From the NCBI GenBank assembly GCA_009103225.1, contig RHPI01000193.1:492650-556649 (forward strand): DNA of 64,000 bases, written 5' to 3'. A program made the position numbers and the translations under genes. This DNA comes from Chlorokybus atmophyticus (Eukaryota; Plantae; Mesostigma and Chlorokybus algae). This document shows positions 23,717 to 37,926 of this stretch, one piece after another. Numbering within the stretch: position 1 is the stretch's first letter; every line of letters begins with the position of its first letter. The notes under the pieces are model-generated. The model was given only the letters and a program-made list of their open reading frames with translations, was not told where the DNA came from and searched no databases.

Positions 23717-26700
23717 ATGCTAAAGCTTCGCTTTGTTTATTTGAAAGAGAAACAGTTCAATCCTTGTCTTGCACTATATCTGCATGACAAGCTGGTCTCT
23801 GCTTTGCTTGCGGTCAACTTTGCGTTAGGGTTTGGGCTGAGAGGCGAAGCATTGCGGCGTTCATACCGGCTTGTAAGTGCGGCGTGCGGCGTTCATACCG
23901 GCGCTGCTGGCGCCGAGAACGATTCTGCTGAAGTGTTGGTAAGCTTGGTGCTCTTCAGCTTGCAATTGCACAGTACGCATGTATGGTCTTGCATCGAAGC
24001 TTATACCACCACATGCCATGCACACACTGTTTTTGAAGCTGCGCTATCAAGCAATTGTATAGTAGTTTCCAGTTGAATCTCAAAGACCAGACCAACCAGC
24101 ATGCAGCATGTGTACGCAACAACAGAGAGATAATAAGAGCGCACTGTAGTATTGTAATTAAACCCTGTTGTACTAGATGCTATGCTGCGTGCGCGTGTGC
24201 GCGCACTATGGTCTCTGCTATCCTGTGATGTGCCCATGATGTTAAGCCTTGAACGCGTGTTGCATTGACAATGTGGAACATGACAGGTTCGGGGCTTCAT
24301 CCATGACGCGCTGTACCACCCGCAGAAAGGCTTCTTTACCGCCAACTCAGGCGTTGTTGGCCGCCTGCCACAACCCATCGACTTCAAGTCCCTTTCAGGT
24401 ACTATTATTAGAGTTCTGCGTGCGTGTGTGCATGCGTGCTTGTATGCAAGCACACACATACGCACATGTGCACAATCGTACATGCGCATTAAGTGTGCAC
24501 GCGCACAAACATGTGCGTGCTCGCACACAAGCCACAACTCATGGATGTGCACACAAGCGCGGGCACACCCATGCGCACGCGTGTATGAACCCGCGCATGG
24601 ACATCATTGCACACATCATGCGTGCAGGCACACACGCACCGATGCATTCCGTGTCACACAAGGCACGAACATGGGCACATATGGGCACGCATTGATGACC
24701 ACGTGATCTACACATACCTAAGCATCAAGGAACCCCATTTTGTAGGTGAAGCTGAGTATCGGCGCACTCTCGCTAGTATTTACAAGCAGCTTCGGGTGTC
24801 TTGGCTCACACCCGTGGAGATCTTCCAGGCAAGAATATCATTTCAGCAGTCAGCAGTTCATGCGTGAAACAAGTCCTCCATTCGTATGTATTCCCTTGGG
24901 TAGTGCATGACATGTGTGTGTGTGTCTTTCAGCCATGGTATGCCAGTGCCATAGCGGATTACATCCTCCAGAAGCACTCCAAGCTGTCTGCACCACTGAA
25001 GGTGAGATCCATGTAGTTGGGTTATGCAAATACGCGACTGTGAGGGTGTGCGTGTATCTTGCGTGCTCACATGCATTATGTGCTGTACATGCAAGTAAAC
25101 TTTTACATAGCCGTGTCGTCACAGGCGTGCGTGTGTGCATGTGTATGCTTGTTTGGCATGTAAGACCTGCAGGAATGAAGAAACACATACAAAGTCGTTG
25201 GCATGCATGTTTGACTCCGTTCATGTCATCTCAGATCTACGAGATTGGGGGTGGAAACGGCACGTGCGCAGTAAACATACTGCATCACCTGCAGCAACAC
25301 GCCTCACCAGAAGTTTTCAACTCGCTCTCTTACACGTACGTATTCTATGCACCATATTTGTTGCTTGTTAAATGTGTGGTCAGTGTGACTCATGTGGCTT
25401 TGGCATCAGATCAGTGGAGATCAGCGCCCAGCTGGCAGCGCTGCAAAAGAGCCGAGTGCACGCGCATGAAGGGTTTCGGGGCAAGTACTCTGTTGTTCAG
25501 GGAAGCGCCTCTGATCCTAGCACATGGGGTAAGTTGTTGGTGATGATAGTTTATTCTATGCATAGATAGTGGCAGTGTTTGGCTGTGTGTATGCTGATTA
25601 GGTTAACAGTTACAACATTCTGTGTTTAACTCCCTACCTGCAGGGTCCCAAGATGCTTCTCCTTGCTTCATTATACTGTTAGAGGTACACTTGTTCACCT
25701 GTATCATGTCCTCATGAGTAGCTATCCTAATTCCATCACATCTTAGGATCCATGTCACACATATCATTCACACCACACGCAGTACACACACCACCGGTGT
25801 ACTGTGTGTTGAGTTCACAAAGTGCGTGCATGTACCAACAACACACTCACCCACACTAATGAATTCAGGTGCTGGACAATCTCCCTCACGACAGAGTAGT
25901 ATTCAAGCGCCTCCAGCAAGAACAAGCCTCTCAACCCTTCCAAACCAGTGTGATAATGGACCAAACCATCAACCAACTCAGAGAAGTGTTGCGGCCAGTA
26001 ACGGACAGGCTCATCACACGGTGTTTGGCTGCTGAAGTGGAGTTGAGGAAAGATGATGCAAAGTCAGTTTGGATGTGGCTGCGGATGATAGGAAACGTTG
26101 GGAGCGGGGAGGATATTGCGTGGATGCCCACTGCTTGCCTGGTAGGTTGTTGTGGTTGTGGTTGTGGTTGTGGTTTTGGTTGTGGTCAGTCTCTGAGACA
26201 GACAGCATACGTACAGGCCCTTGTAGATACGCTACACGCGATGCGCCCCTCGCACGCCCTCATCGCGGCGGACTTTAACAGCCTGCCGGAGGCAATTGTG
26301 CCGGGGAGGCGCGCGCCGCTGGTCTCCAGCATTGTGAGTGAGAGCTTGGTGTGTGTATGTGGGTGTGGGTGGGTATATGTGCGCGCACGTGCAGGCGCGC
26401 GCACACCTGCATGCATTTGTGCATGTGTGTGTGTGTGTGTGTGCGTGTGCGTGCGTGTGCGTGTGCGTGTGCTTGTGCTTGTGCTTGTGCGTGTGTATGT
26501 GTTTTCTGGTGTGGGTGGGTTGAACTTCAAGTAGTACTGTTAATGAGCGCGGGGTCATATTGTGTACGCAGGTGGATGGCGTCAACCAGGACCACAGCAC
26601 TTATCTTGTACCGCAGGTCAGTGCTCATATCTTCATGTTACATACATCTTTCTACTTGGCCTAATTGATGATGGTTTACATGATGTACATCATGTACATC

Positions 26701-27308
26701 TTTGACACAATGTACACACTATGCGTAGTGTGGATGTTCATTTCCTGAGACCCACTGGCATCATCAACTTATTGTATGCGCATCTGGCTGTACACACGGG
26801 CACACGCACACAGCAGCGCTTTGGCATGGTTCTGTACATCTCGTTGCGCTGTCCTGCCTTGTTTGCTGAAGGCACTATGCCAGTGCCTTACCACCAGAAC
26901 ATAGGCTTTTTCACGCTGATAGTCACTTTCCTCAACAGTTTGTAGGCACTGCTCACTACTGGCATTAAAGTATGCTAGTATCCAGGGCTCTGCGGATATT
27001 TTCTTCCCAACCAACTTCAAGCTGCTGCAACGCCTCGACTGTGCGGCCGCAACACAATCAGGACAGACAGGTGTTACCCCCGACACAACAACAGCGGTGA
27101 GTGCATGTCACGTTGATGTGTTCCCGCCAGATTCCATTAGTGGTTTGCTTGACTTGTGTTTGGTGTCCGCTTGCAGTTGACAACAGCAGAATTTATGAAA
27201 AAGCATGCTGATGTTGGCCAAACGCGCACTCGACGGGGGTACAACCCACTTCTGGAGGACTTCACCAACACGCGGTTGTATCTGTCCAACTGGCATGACA
27301 TATGCTGA
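23717..27308 (+). CDS. NDUFAF7/MidA-like SAM-dependent protein arginine methyltransferase (plant At1g04900-type)
   Basis: AEVL|VRGFIHDALYHP..GFF, SWLTPVEIFQ|PWYA, IYEIGGGNGTCA, SVEIS, LEVLDNLPHDRV, AWMPTACL, LIAADFNSLP, ADIFFPTNF, GYNPLLEDFTNTRLYLS. The start codon is uncertain; 23717 is the only in-frame ATG in that exon's frame. Confidence 0.92.
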
Positions 27309-27319
27309 GCCACTGATTG

Positions 27320-27344
27320 ATATATATATATATATATATATATA
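27320..27344. repeat. (AT)n microsatellite
   Basis: Pure AT alternation just after the NDUFAF7-like stop codon. Confidence 0.95.
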
Positions 27345-28203
27345 ATTGTTGGACTTCACATCAGACTTCAGTGTGTGACTGAATATGACTCTAATTCGCA
27401 AAACAAGTGTTGATCATCTGCCAAAGAGCGAAGTGGCTGCAACAGGTATTGCTCTGTGTTTATGCGCCTCTTGTGTGATTGAATCGTTGTGTAATGACAG
27501 TTACACGCTTGGCACAGAGAGTCTGATGCGCTGGTTGTTGCAGGGACTTGGAGCCTGTCAAGTCGCTTCAAACCATTTGCATCTGTTCCAGTGCATATCT
27601 GCATACCTTCAATGAGTGGAACAATTTGCTGTTCAACAGCTGCTCTATGACATAGGAGATGAGCCTCTTGGCGTTGCTATGTTCCTTCGTTACTGCTTCA
27701 GTCCTTGTCTTTGGTGTGCAAAGGATGTGGCACGGTATTGCCAACCGGTCTTGCAATCTGGGTACTTACACTATGTACTGAAACAGTGCACAACAGGACA
27801 ATAATATGCTGCAGTGCACGAAAGGATATCAATAACTGGCGTATGCACAAGAAGTGTATGTGGTCAGCAAATTTGCTGCGGACACTACGCCATGATTCGC
27901 GTTTGTGCTGTTTCTACCTCTAATTGTAGGGCCGCATGACCACAGCTCCTGTGCTTGTGTGATTGTGCTTGTGTTTGTGCACCTAGACTCCTGAAGAGTA
28001 TATGCAATAGTAATACAATGGATGCAACAACTGCTATAGTGAATGGCACAACAAGCACAACACGCAATGCTGGAGGCCTGCATGCCAGAGTCACTCTGCA
28101 CAGCCAGTTGGTAACATTACATTACCTTCACCTGCAACCTGCCCACAATTGAAAACAATCTACTTGCAACACTGCCTTATGGCGCTACTGAACAGGTAAT
28201 GAA

Positions 28204-30698
28204 TTATACAGATATGCCAAGGTTGGCTATAGAGTCAATGCGCTTCAATAGCTCTCTCCTTTGCGCAGCTGCTGCAGCAGATGTCTTTGCTACCTGTTGC
28301 ACACGATAATCACTGCCAATGCCTACAACAACAAGCCGAGTCGTTTCTCATGACCTGCAACACAAAACAACTGTGCTTCTCTGCAGCAACAATGCATACC
28401 TCTCCTCTCAAATCCAGGGCGTAGCCGCTCCTCATTAACCGCAACTCCTCAATTAGGTCTATCACAACGAACGCATCAGAATTGTCATCAACAATGATCA
28501 TAATGCTGCGTGTATAGTAGATAGTAGATCAGTGTCGCACACACCATCTGCTGCCCTCTCTTGTTTTGAAGTTGCCTTCGCCAAAGACCTTAGCTGTGAA
28601 CCGGCCGCCCTGCCATTGAGTACACATTGACATGGTGCGCATGTCAAGATGTTGCCAGAATAATGCAGGAAACAACTGCGCAACGAAGCAAAGAAGTGTG
28701 TCTTACTTCAACTTGCTCTGCCCTCGCGTGAACTCGCTTTCTGCAAGTGCCGCACGTTCCTACAAGAGAAACCACGCTTGGTATGACTATTCTGTACAAA
28801 CAGCGCACTATGCAACATTGGCACTTTGCATTCCCCCTCACCTCAAGCTTCTGAACTTCACGCTGCAACTCTTCCATTGCGGTTTTCTGACTGTTCACTC
28901 TTGCTTCAGCAGCTTTGAATGCAGCCTGCATAAGATAGTTCAGTGATTGGCTGCCAGGTTGTAAATGCGCAAGCTGCAAATGCACAGACAGGTAAGAGAG
29001 ACACACCCACACATACCAGAAGCAATTCCAACTATGTGCATCACACTGACACACACAGAGTGCATCAACAGTTTTGCTAAGGAATGTTGCACACTGTGTG
29101 TCAACCATGCGTCAGCTGTTGCAAGAGAGTGTGCTTGCCTCTTCTGTTTGCCACCGTCCCAATGTTGAGCGCAGTAGAAACCTCCGAGGACCTGTGATTG
29201 CACTGTATGTTACATCACAAGCACCCTGACTTGCAAGCGCATAGATGGCAACCACTCGCACCAGATGCAATGAGACTGCTGTTTTGTAAAGCACCGCAGC
29301 AGTCGCATATGACGGACAACCGCGGAGATACGCCTTGCACAGCCAACCAGAACGGGAGAATCACTGGTGACATACCTCGCATACCAAGCAGCAGCGATGC
29401 GCCACCAACTGCAAGCGCAGTGTTTGGGTTTTCAACGAGCCAATTGACTCCGCCTATGTAAGCGTGGTGTCATTGTTAAGCTTGCATGCGTGCGTGCGTG
29501 CATGAGTGTGCGTGTGGGGGTATTAACTCAAGTATATCTGACTGCACGATCACACAATATGAAACAACGATATTTAGGACAGCAGTGTGTTGTAGTCAAA
29601 TGTCAAATCGCATGAAAGGAGACGTGACTGTTTTGTGCATCAGTAAGGAACTTACTGTGTAGATGACCAAAAAACACATCCTCATAATGCCTGTACACTT
29701 CAGTCCATTGACTTAGCGCACCCTGCAACGTTGTGTAACGCATTGCGATCAGGTAATGATGGCATTCAACCCTAATGCTTCAACACCAGCAACATGCATT
29801 AACAAGCATCAACGCCTTACCGACGCCTCCCCCGCTTGCTGCCTGGCAATCTCCAATGCTGCTGCCGAGCCAGTAGTAGCCTGAGGAAATGCCATCAATG
29901 CAGACCGATGTGTAGGTGTTTTTAAGGTGTTTTGGCATGTGTTGCGTATGTGAATTAGTACTTGAGGTTCCATTTGTGGTCTCTGTGTGCAAACTCTATG
30001 TAGATGTTTGTCTGGCTTACAGTGCATGCGCATGGTTCCTAAAGGCGTTCAGCATAAAAGCATTGCTTGTGTGAAGACCGACAACTCCAACGTGGCACAC
30101 AAGCATGCACTCTACAGTGACGAGCGTATGCATGTGTTGTGTGAATAGGACTTGGGTCAAAATATTATCGTAGCAATATATTGGACTGGTGCATGTGATC
30201 TACGGTTGATGAAGCGACTAATGGTATCTTCCAACATGTATACAAAAGATAGAGCCCTCATTGCAGCAAGCCACATGAACTGCCAATGCGGTATGCACAT
30301 TGGGTAAAGACAGCCATGCAAATTGTAACGTACTGTATGTGATAACAGTGCTTGAGGCCCAGGCAGCTTGTAAACAAGATTCCTGCTTGCAACAACACAT
30401 GCGGTTCGCCAAAGCACATATGTGCAACAGTACCTTTTGCACCGCTTGATCTGTGACGGAATCCACCACTCTCCTGATCTCCTCAACCCTAGAGCACAGG
30501 GAGCATTTAAACCATCAACTCAACAACGACTGATCAACTCAAAACCAACTAGCCTACAGACATAAAGCCAAACGACATATTAACTAGCAATGTGACGAGC
30601 ACACTAAGCAAATGCCCTTATTACCGGTCAGGGGTGCCCTTCAACCAAGCAGAGGCGTCCCCCCGCCTCGCATCCGCCCACTCCCTCGCACGATCCAT
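28204..30698 (-). CDS. RHIP1: RGS1-HXK1-interacting protein 1 (RHIP1)-like protein
   Basis: MDRAREWADARRG..., YEDVFF, NWLVENPNTALAVGGASLLLGMRGPRRFLLRSTLGRWQTEE|AAFKAAE, ERAALAESEFTRG, DLIEELR..ALDLRGEV, KRIDSIANLGISV*. Follows the plant RHIP1 layout throughout. Confidence 0.85.
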
Positions 30699-31386
30699 GT
30701 CTCTCGTTTTCCTCCTCCTCCTCCTCCTCCTCCTCCTGCTCGTCCTCCTCCTCGTCCTCCGCCTGCTCCACTATCGCCAACAAAGCTCGCAAACAAACCC
30801 TAAGCAACCTCTAATTCCATAATCTTATTGCATTAAACAGGCATCAACACGTTAGCTACACATCTCCCGCAAACTCACGTGCCTTATTGACAATGTATTG
30901 ACAAAACTGTTACTGAGTACTGCAATGCCGTGTGGACCTCAATAACTAACGTTAGTGTGTGCAACGTTTTGAAGCGTTTGTTTTGCGCTCAAACTTTTGC
31001 CGCTAAGTGCTTGCAGCTTGTTCATTGGCGGCAAGGTGGTTGATGCTGGCGGCGGTGTCGGGGCGGATGTGCTTGAGGTTGTCATCGTGAAGAAGTGGTA
31101 CTGGCTTGGGCGTCACTGGAGTGCAGCGGTCGGCAACGTGGACTTGTGCGCTCCCCGCTGCCACACAGCTTGTCAGCTGGGCTTGTCAGGTGACAGGCTG
31201 TGTGAGCAATGCTGCTGATTAACTGTTATCTGACTGATGGGATGGCGTCAAACTGTGTCTGAGCTTTGCCATACAAGCTCCCAGCTATATAATTACATGT
31301 AGTATTGCGGTTGGGCTCTGTGAGCCGCTAGTTGTAAGGCAGTAGAGCCGGTGTTGTCGCTAGGGGGCCAGCCTTGCTGTACTCGC

Positions 31387-33769
31387 ATGGAGTCAAGCAC
31401 AGGTCCTGCTTGTGTATGTGCGTGGCATGCTTTAACACTTACCCTGCAAAGAGCATTATGCATTTCACTGCAAGCTTCTCTCTTCTTTCCGCATTGGTAT
31501 TGTGTATTGCTGATGTCTGTGTTTTCATAGGACAAAATTGTGTAGGCTTTTGTAAAGTTCAGCTGAATCTTGAGCGTGTCCTGTATTGTTCGCTTTACTT
31601 ACTGTTTTATGGTCAAACAGCGCCATCTGGTGTGAAAGGAGGAGAGTCGGCTGTGCCAAAGGATCTATACCAGCAAGAGTCTGCGCTGCTCGAGCTTCTG
31701 CATCAGGTACGCCCTGCGTCAAGCTTGCAAAGCTAATTAAGAAGTCAGTGCTTGTACTTGCTGACTTGCCAGACACAACCTTGCAACCTATTTTGCATTA
31801 GTCTTCATCTGCTGTCTTTCCAAGCCTTGCTGCATTGAAAGTTGATGCAAGTTGGTGCACGCATGCAGTGAAGTGCAATGCCTTGAGACTTAATGCTGTA
31901 TGCATGCGCGCGCACGCGCGAGTGTGTGTGTACATACGTATACGTGTGCATGGTATATACGCCTTGCTGATGCAATCCAGTCTCTATTGCACGCAGTTGA
32001 GTTTATACTATATGAATTCTTTTGCAGGGCCGTCTGAATGGTTCCTTGTCGGACCAGGCGCTCGTGACAGCCTGCAAGTACTTCTTGCATCACGGCCACA
32101 GTAGGCATCTGCTGGATGCCGCTATTTCGACACAACTGTTGTCAGTAGCACATATCAGTCTTTGGTGTCTGCTAACATGTCCTTTTTTCCTCCCCTGCTT
32201 GGCAGACGCTTTGAACAGCGGCGCTGATTTGCACAACAGATTGAAGGACTTGGCGTATGTGTGGAGTTGTTGTGACTCGAGCGTGACTATGCCACCACAA
32301 GCAGAATCCCCAATTTACGCGCATCGCTTCTTTGCTCGAGCTGGCGTGTCCGACTACTCTGCTAGCAAACTCGGCGTGAGCCCCTTAGAACAACAACACA
32401 AACAACATCACCATCAACAACAACAAAAACAGCAGCAGCAGCAGCAACAGTGCGAAAGCACGCCAGTATCAGCGTGCAAATCTGATGAAGAGCAAAGCAG
32501 CTTTGGAGTGTTGGAAGTCAGCATGAGTGAGACAAGCGAAACAGTCACATTGACAGACCCAATGCAAAGCACGCCAGCTGTCGTGAAGCATGTTGGGTTG
32601 TATGATGACACGCCCGAGTCATGTGGCGGCGGGTGTTCATCATCCTCAGGGGAGGATTCGCACAGCACGTGTACGCAACAGTCGGTGGCCGACAGCGTGT
32701 GCTCGGCGAGCATGTTGGGATTAATCAGCGCCTGCGCAGCCCTCGCTGATGCAGCAGCAGGCATGCAAACCACTGTGAAGAGCATTGAAGCCAGCATGGG
32801 GATGGCGCAGGCCACCATTGAGGAGAAAAATGCAACTATCAGTGACATGAAACAGCATGTCCGCGAAGAAAGGCAGAGATCCATGGTAAGTACAATGCGT
32901 GCATGTTGTAATGATGCAAGTTCAGGTGTCATTGCAGCTTTAGGCTGCTCTTGTTGCGTATGTGTATGTGCACGCGCCTGTGCGTGTGTGTGCGCGCGCG
33001 CGCGTGTGTTTGCCTCTGCGTGCGCTTGTGTGGGCTTGTGCAGGCGCCTGTGTCTCTGTGTGTACTTGTGCATAGAAATGTGTGTATCTGCGTGCGCATG
33101 CGTCCGTGCGCGTGCATGTAGTCACATTCACCCATGCTTACAGATGGCTATGCGGGCGATGGTGCTGCAAGCAATCGCCCTCTCTGCTGTGCACAAGCGG
33201 GCGCAAACACAGGTCACCTCGAGCAAGGTTCGTGCGCAGTGAGTGAACTACAACACAACTATGATACAACTATGACGGAGACTTACCCACCTTTTACATG
33301 TTATTGTGCTTTGCAGAAATTGTCACCTCTTCGTGTGCAACGCGCCGACCTGCGCATGACTCCATTCATACACAGCAAAGAAGTGGGCTTGTGCGCATGC
33401 AACCGCAACCTGCAGCAGCTTCTCGCGTCATTACAATGCTGCGAGCGCCACCACATTAACACTAGCAATACATCCAATGTCAAGCTGCAACCTCTCGATT
33501 CCAGCGCAAGGCTTGCGCCAGCTGGCGAGAAGAGCGCTTCCGAAGAAGAGGGCGTGCAAGCCAGCGTAAAGAGGATCGACTTTGATGAAGCGGATGATAA
33601 TAGCAGCGCCGCTGTCATCAACAACAGCAAGCACCAAAGGGTGTCGCTGATGACGTGGGCGTTTACGGGCTGGCGAGGCTTTTTGTTGATCGTCGTCGTT
33701 TGCTATTTGCTGCAGAGCCTCCGCACGATGTCCGTTAGCAGAGATGAGGGCAGGTTCTTCCCAACATGA
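31387..33769 (+). CDS. Coiled-coil protein with a C-terminal transmembrane helix and short ...FFPT tail (KASH-like candidate)
   Basis: In-phase model MESST|APSGVKGG..LHQ|GRLNG..., polyQ and Ser-rich middle, heptad-like MQTTVKSIEASMGMAQATIEEKNATISDMKQHV, last exon ...WAFTGWRGFLLIVVVCYLLQSLRTMSVSRDEGRFFPT*. Confidence 0.7.
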
Positions 33770-34199
33770 AGGCGGTACATTTACAAAGTAAGCCCCATTC
33801 AACAACTGTATAGCTTCTAACTTTATCATACTTATTCAGTCTGTTTGCTGTTCTCCGGTTTTTGTAATCTGTGAGAATTTCATGGTGTACTTTGTACACG
33901 TTGTTGCAAATGCCTCTACTTGGGCTTGCCTACATGTGTTCATGGCCGCTGGCATCTGATTTTGCTATTGCACATGAAACATCTTGCTGCATGATTGCAT
34001 TTGCTAGCATTGTAACCAAAATACATGTTCCATTACAGATGACACTAATACTTCTATGATGTGTACAAGATATGCAATGTGGTGCATATGACCATGCTGA
34101 CACGTGTGTGACCTTTGTACACAATCCGCTACGTCATTGCTCATGCACAGTGTCATTCATCACACGCATGCATCGGCACAGCACGCAGTCTGCACTCAC

Positions 34200-34270
34200 C
34201 CTCACGTATATACCACCACCGGGCTATACTACTGCACTATGTACATTACTACCTACTCCACCACCCCGAT
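34200..34270 (-). repeat. Further copy of the GTAG/AGCCCGGTGGT dispersed repeat
   Basis: ACCACCGGGCT at 34215-34225 followed by CTAC-rich sequence; the inverse of the 12670-12725 copy. Confidence 0.4.
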
Positions 34271-35099
34271 AGTCATGCAAGTTATGCATGCATCACAATG
34301 TAATCACCTGCACAAGCACGAGCAGCAGCGTTAATGGGGGCAGTCAACGGCTGTAGTGTTGCAGCAGCAACAACGCAGCCTGCAGCATAGTAACGGCTCT
34401 CCCTGCCTCCCTGTCTCCCTCGTCCTTCCTCCACCCCCTCTCTCTCTTCCTTCCCCTCCCCCTCCTCTGCCTCTGCCTCTCCCTCCTCCTCCTCCTCCTC
34501 CCACTCCGCTGCTGTTGCAGTCGCAAACCTTGTTGTTGCTGGAGGAGCAGGGCCCCACTGCCCCGCCCCTCAGCCCTCCCCCTTCCCACGCGCAGTGAAG
34601 GTAGTGCCTCGCAGGGCCCCTCTGCCCCGCCCCTCTGCTCTGCCCCTCGCGCTGACATCGTTATCGCTTTTGCTTGCACCGCACTGCGCGGTGCTGCTGT
34701 GTTGTTGCCGGCAGTTAGGCGCTGCTTGTGGGGTTGGGTGGTGGGGTTGCGGTTGGGGTTGGTCATGCTGCAGGAACTCAGGTCGTGGGTTGTCTGTGAT
34801 GCCATTACAAACGTGGTGATTATTGATGATACTGACATGCGGACTACCCCCAATCACACTTGCTACATCATTCCCCTGTTTGCATGGGCACACAACACAA
34901 CCTCTTGTTAGCCACACAGTCACACGCGAGAATTCTGCAAGGCAGCAAGCAATCACTCCGCGACATGCAGCACAGCCATAAATAGCAACAAACCAATGCT
35001 ATTGATGCGTGTCAACCGATGCACACAATGGATCCAACAACTGACACAACAAATTTTCCAACAACCAACTAGGACTGTACACGTGAGCTAGAGGGAATC

Positions 35100-37582
35100 T
35101 TACGAACGACCGTTCAGCTCCATCTGCCCTGTGTCTTTGTATCTATCGGAGGTCGGCAGCCCCGAACCACCTGTACCACTCGCATCTCTTCCGGCCTGCT
35201 TCAGCGCGATGTACGCCGGTATTGGCGTGAACACAAAACCGAGGCACGCCGCGAATATGAGCTTGTATATCTGTACATAGCAGCAACACATTGAATTACG
35301 CACGTACTCACACGCAAGCTCGAACGCGCGCGCACGCTTTGCTCGCCCGCGCAGTTATACACACACACGTGTGCGCGCGTGCGCACACGTGTGTGTGTAC
35401 GCAGCAAGACCCCACGTGTACACACACACGCGCACACATACTCGCACAGCATGCATGCGCATGCGCATACACGAGCACAACCAGCTACTAGGACACGCCC
35501 CCACCCCACCCCACCCCACCCACCACCCACACCACACCCACACCACACCCACCCAACCCACACACTCGTCCTCACCGGCGGTGCCGGCCACCCCCCGATG
35601 GTGTCGCTCCCGTACGTCCCCGCCAGCGCCCCGACGGCGATGGGCCAGGAGGGGAGGAACGTCAGGGCGCTGAAGGCGAGGCCGCGGATGACGGCGGCGA
35701 CGAGACGGGGGAAGAAGCCGAGGCGGGAGGAGGTGAGGTCCATGTTGCCGCGGCAGAGCCAGTAGTACCAACCCTGGGAAAGGGGATGCAAGGGTGAGCG
35801 CACGCACCCGCACACACACGTGCACACAAACACACACACACGCGCGCGCGCACTATGACGGATACCAAGCTCAGCATGTACGCAAAGCTTATGTGCGGTG
35901 TGCTCGATACATTTTTTTTAATCTACTAGCTAATATGTGTGTTGTGAGGGTCAACAGATAACGAGCCAACTTGTAGCAGTAAGTTGTGAACAGTAGATAA
36001 GGTCGACTCGTGCGCCACATGCACACTCAACCATACAATGCAGCGGTCAGCAAAACATACGCACCACACTTGCACACTTTGCTCTGCTGATGTGAAGCCA
36101 CCTACACACACATGTGCACCCCTTTCTGTGGAATATGTGGTGTGGTAGACACGCTTGCACTGGTAAACCATACACGCCTCTCATGTACTACTCGTGCGTA
36201 CGCTATGTAATTGCTGCATATTTATACGGCATACAACTCAACTGTTGCATGCCATACACACTTGTGCACACTAATGCATCGGTGTAAACACGTCCGTACC
36301 ACAGTGAGGCAACAAGCTTGCACACAGACACCACAGCAATGCATCATCAACTGCTTTTGTCATAACAAGCAGACACTTAGAGCGCCACAATGCATACGAA
36401 TACAACAAGTGTACTATGCACTTATGCACACCCTACACTCATGCACGCTTATTGTCATCGCACAGTGTGTTGCATCCCTCAGCGTGCAACTTGTGTAGCA
36501 ATTCACACTTGTGCACTTGGTCGACACATTGTTGTGTTACACACCGAACTCTCCTCACCGTGTCCCATTTGTGGTTCCACGGCAGCGGCCTTATCCCGTA
36601 CTTTCCCTTCCTCACGTCCGCGCGCACCGACGCGCCCGCGATCACCCACGTCAGGGTGTTCTGGACGAAGATCGTCACCGCCGTGTCGCCTGCGAGTGGC
36701 ACAACATTACCACATGGTTGGATAACAGACACACATGACCGCACACGCACGCAGGCATGCACATGAGCACGCGCATGCACACACACACACGGAGTGTGCA
36801 CGCGCGCATATGCGCGTGTGTGCGCGCGGGGTTTGCTGCTATGTGGCTAAGGCACATAAGGAGCACTGGCATGTAAAGTCTGACCATAGTGATGTGTTGT
36901 TGCTGCTGTTGCTGCTGTTGTTGTTGCTACTGTCACATGCATAGAAGTGTTGTGTGAAAGGGGTGGTAGGTATGGGTGGTGGTTTGTAAAGCGCCAGGTT
37001 CAATAAAACTCACAACATACGGTATGCATGCATGTGCTCGTGAACAGAGAGTCCACAGTAGTAAACAACATGCACGCATTCACCATTACGAACTGGAAAC
37101 GCTGCATGTACTGACTTGGTAGATACACTGACATGCATTCAGGGAATGTCGGTCTTCTTGTCAGAATAATGTGTGCTTATACAATGTTCACAGGTTGATG
37201 TTATTACCAAGATTTGTAAAGGCATATGCATGCAGCCCCACTGAACCCCAAACACCACAGCTGCAGCAACGAAGCAAAAGCAACAATGCTGGCGCTTTCA
37301 CACACAAACTTCTGTACATGCATGAGGGTAAAACGAATCACAAAAATGACAGGCCAATACCTGAAGTAACGGCAAGGCTACAATGGATTGAACAAATGAA
37401 ACCCTACTGCAAGCACGTTGAGGGTTTTTACCTGCCAGCGTGTTGGGCAGCTTCCATACGCGGACGTTATCGGCGCTGTGGTACATTGCGGCGGCGATGC
37501 CAAAGTTGATGGCGCCATCAAGCACCGCCGCCCCCAGACAGAACAAGATCAGCAAGTACAGGAACGTTCTCGACATCGCCAT
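35100..37582 (-). CDS. Uncharacterised multi-pass membrane protein (LPNTLAGD.AVT family)
   Basis: Four in-phase exons: MAMSRTFLYLLILFCLGAAVLDGAINFGIAAAMY..WKLPNTLA|GDTAVTIFVQNTLTWVIAG..IRPLPWNHK|..GLAFSALTFLPSWPIAVG..|IYKLIFAACLGFVFTPIPAYIAL. About four hydrophobic segments. Confidence 0.8.
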
Positions 37583-37926
37583 CGCCGCCGCCGCCAACGA
37601 CAACGCCAATGGCACCGCCAATGCCGCCAACAGGGACAATACTTCCAGCTCATAGTGGAAGTTCCAGCGTGTCATATTGTGGGCTGTATCTTCCAAGCTT
37701 AAGCACGGAAGGTAGCGCGCAAACCGCACAAGCCGCACAAGTGTACATAGCTTGTGCGGCCGTTGGCGGGAAAACTTTTACAAAAGGGTTGAATGCAGTG
37801 GCTCTGATTTGCGTTGGCGGCGGCGGCGGCGGTGTTGGCGTTGTGGTTGGCGTTGTGGTCGGCGAGGTGGCTGGGGTTGTACTTCAGGGTGTGAATCTGG
37901 CTTCTCTTGTTGCTAGAGCTGCGCCA

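Noticed and set aside
34331-34956. Overlapping Pro-rich and Arg/Gly-rich ORFs, with a 25-bp GC-box direct repeat at 34547 and 34611
   Set aside because: Low-complexity skew island between two convergent 3' ends; no splice or family support.
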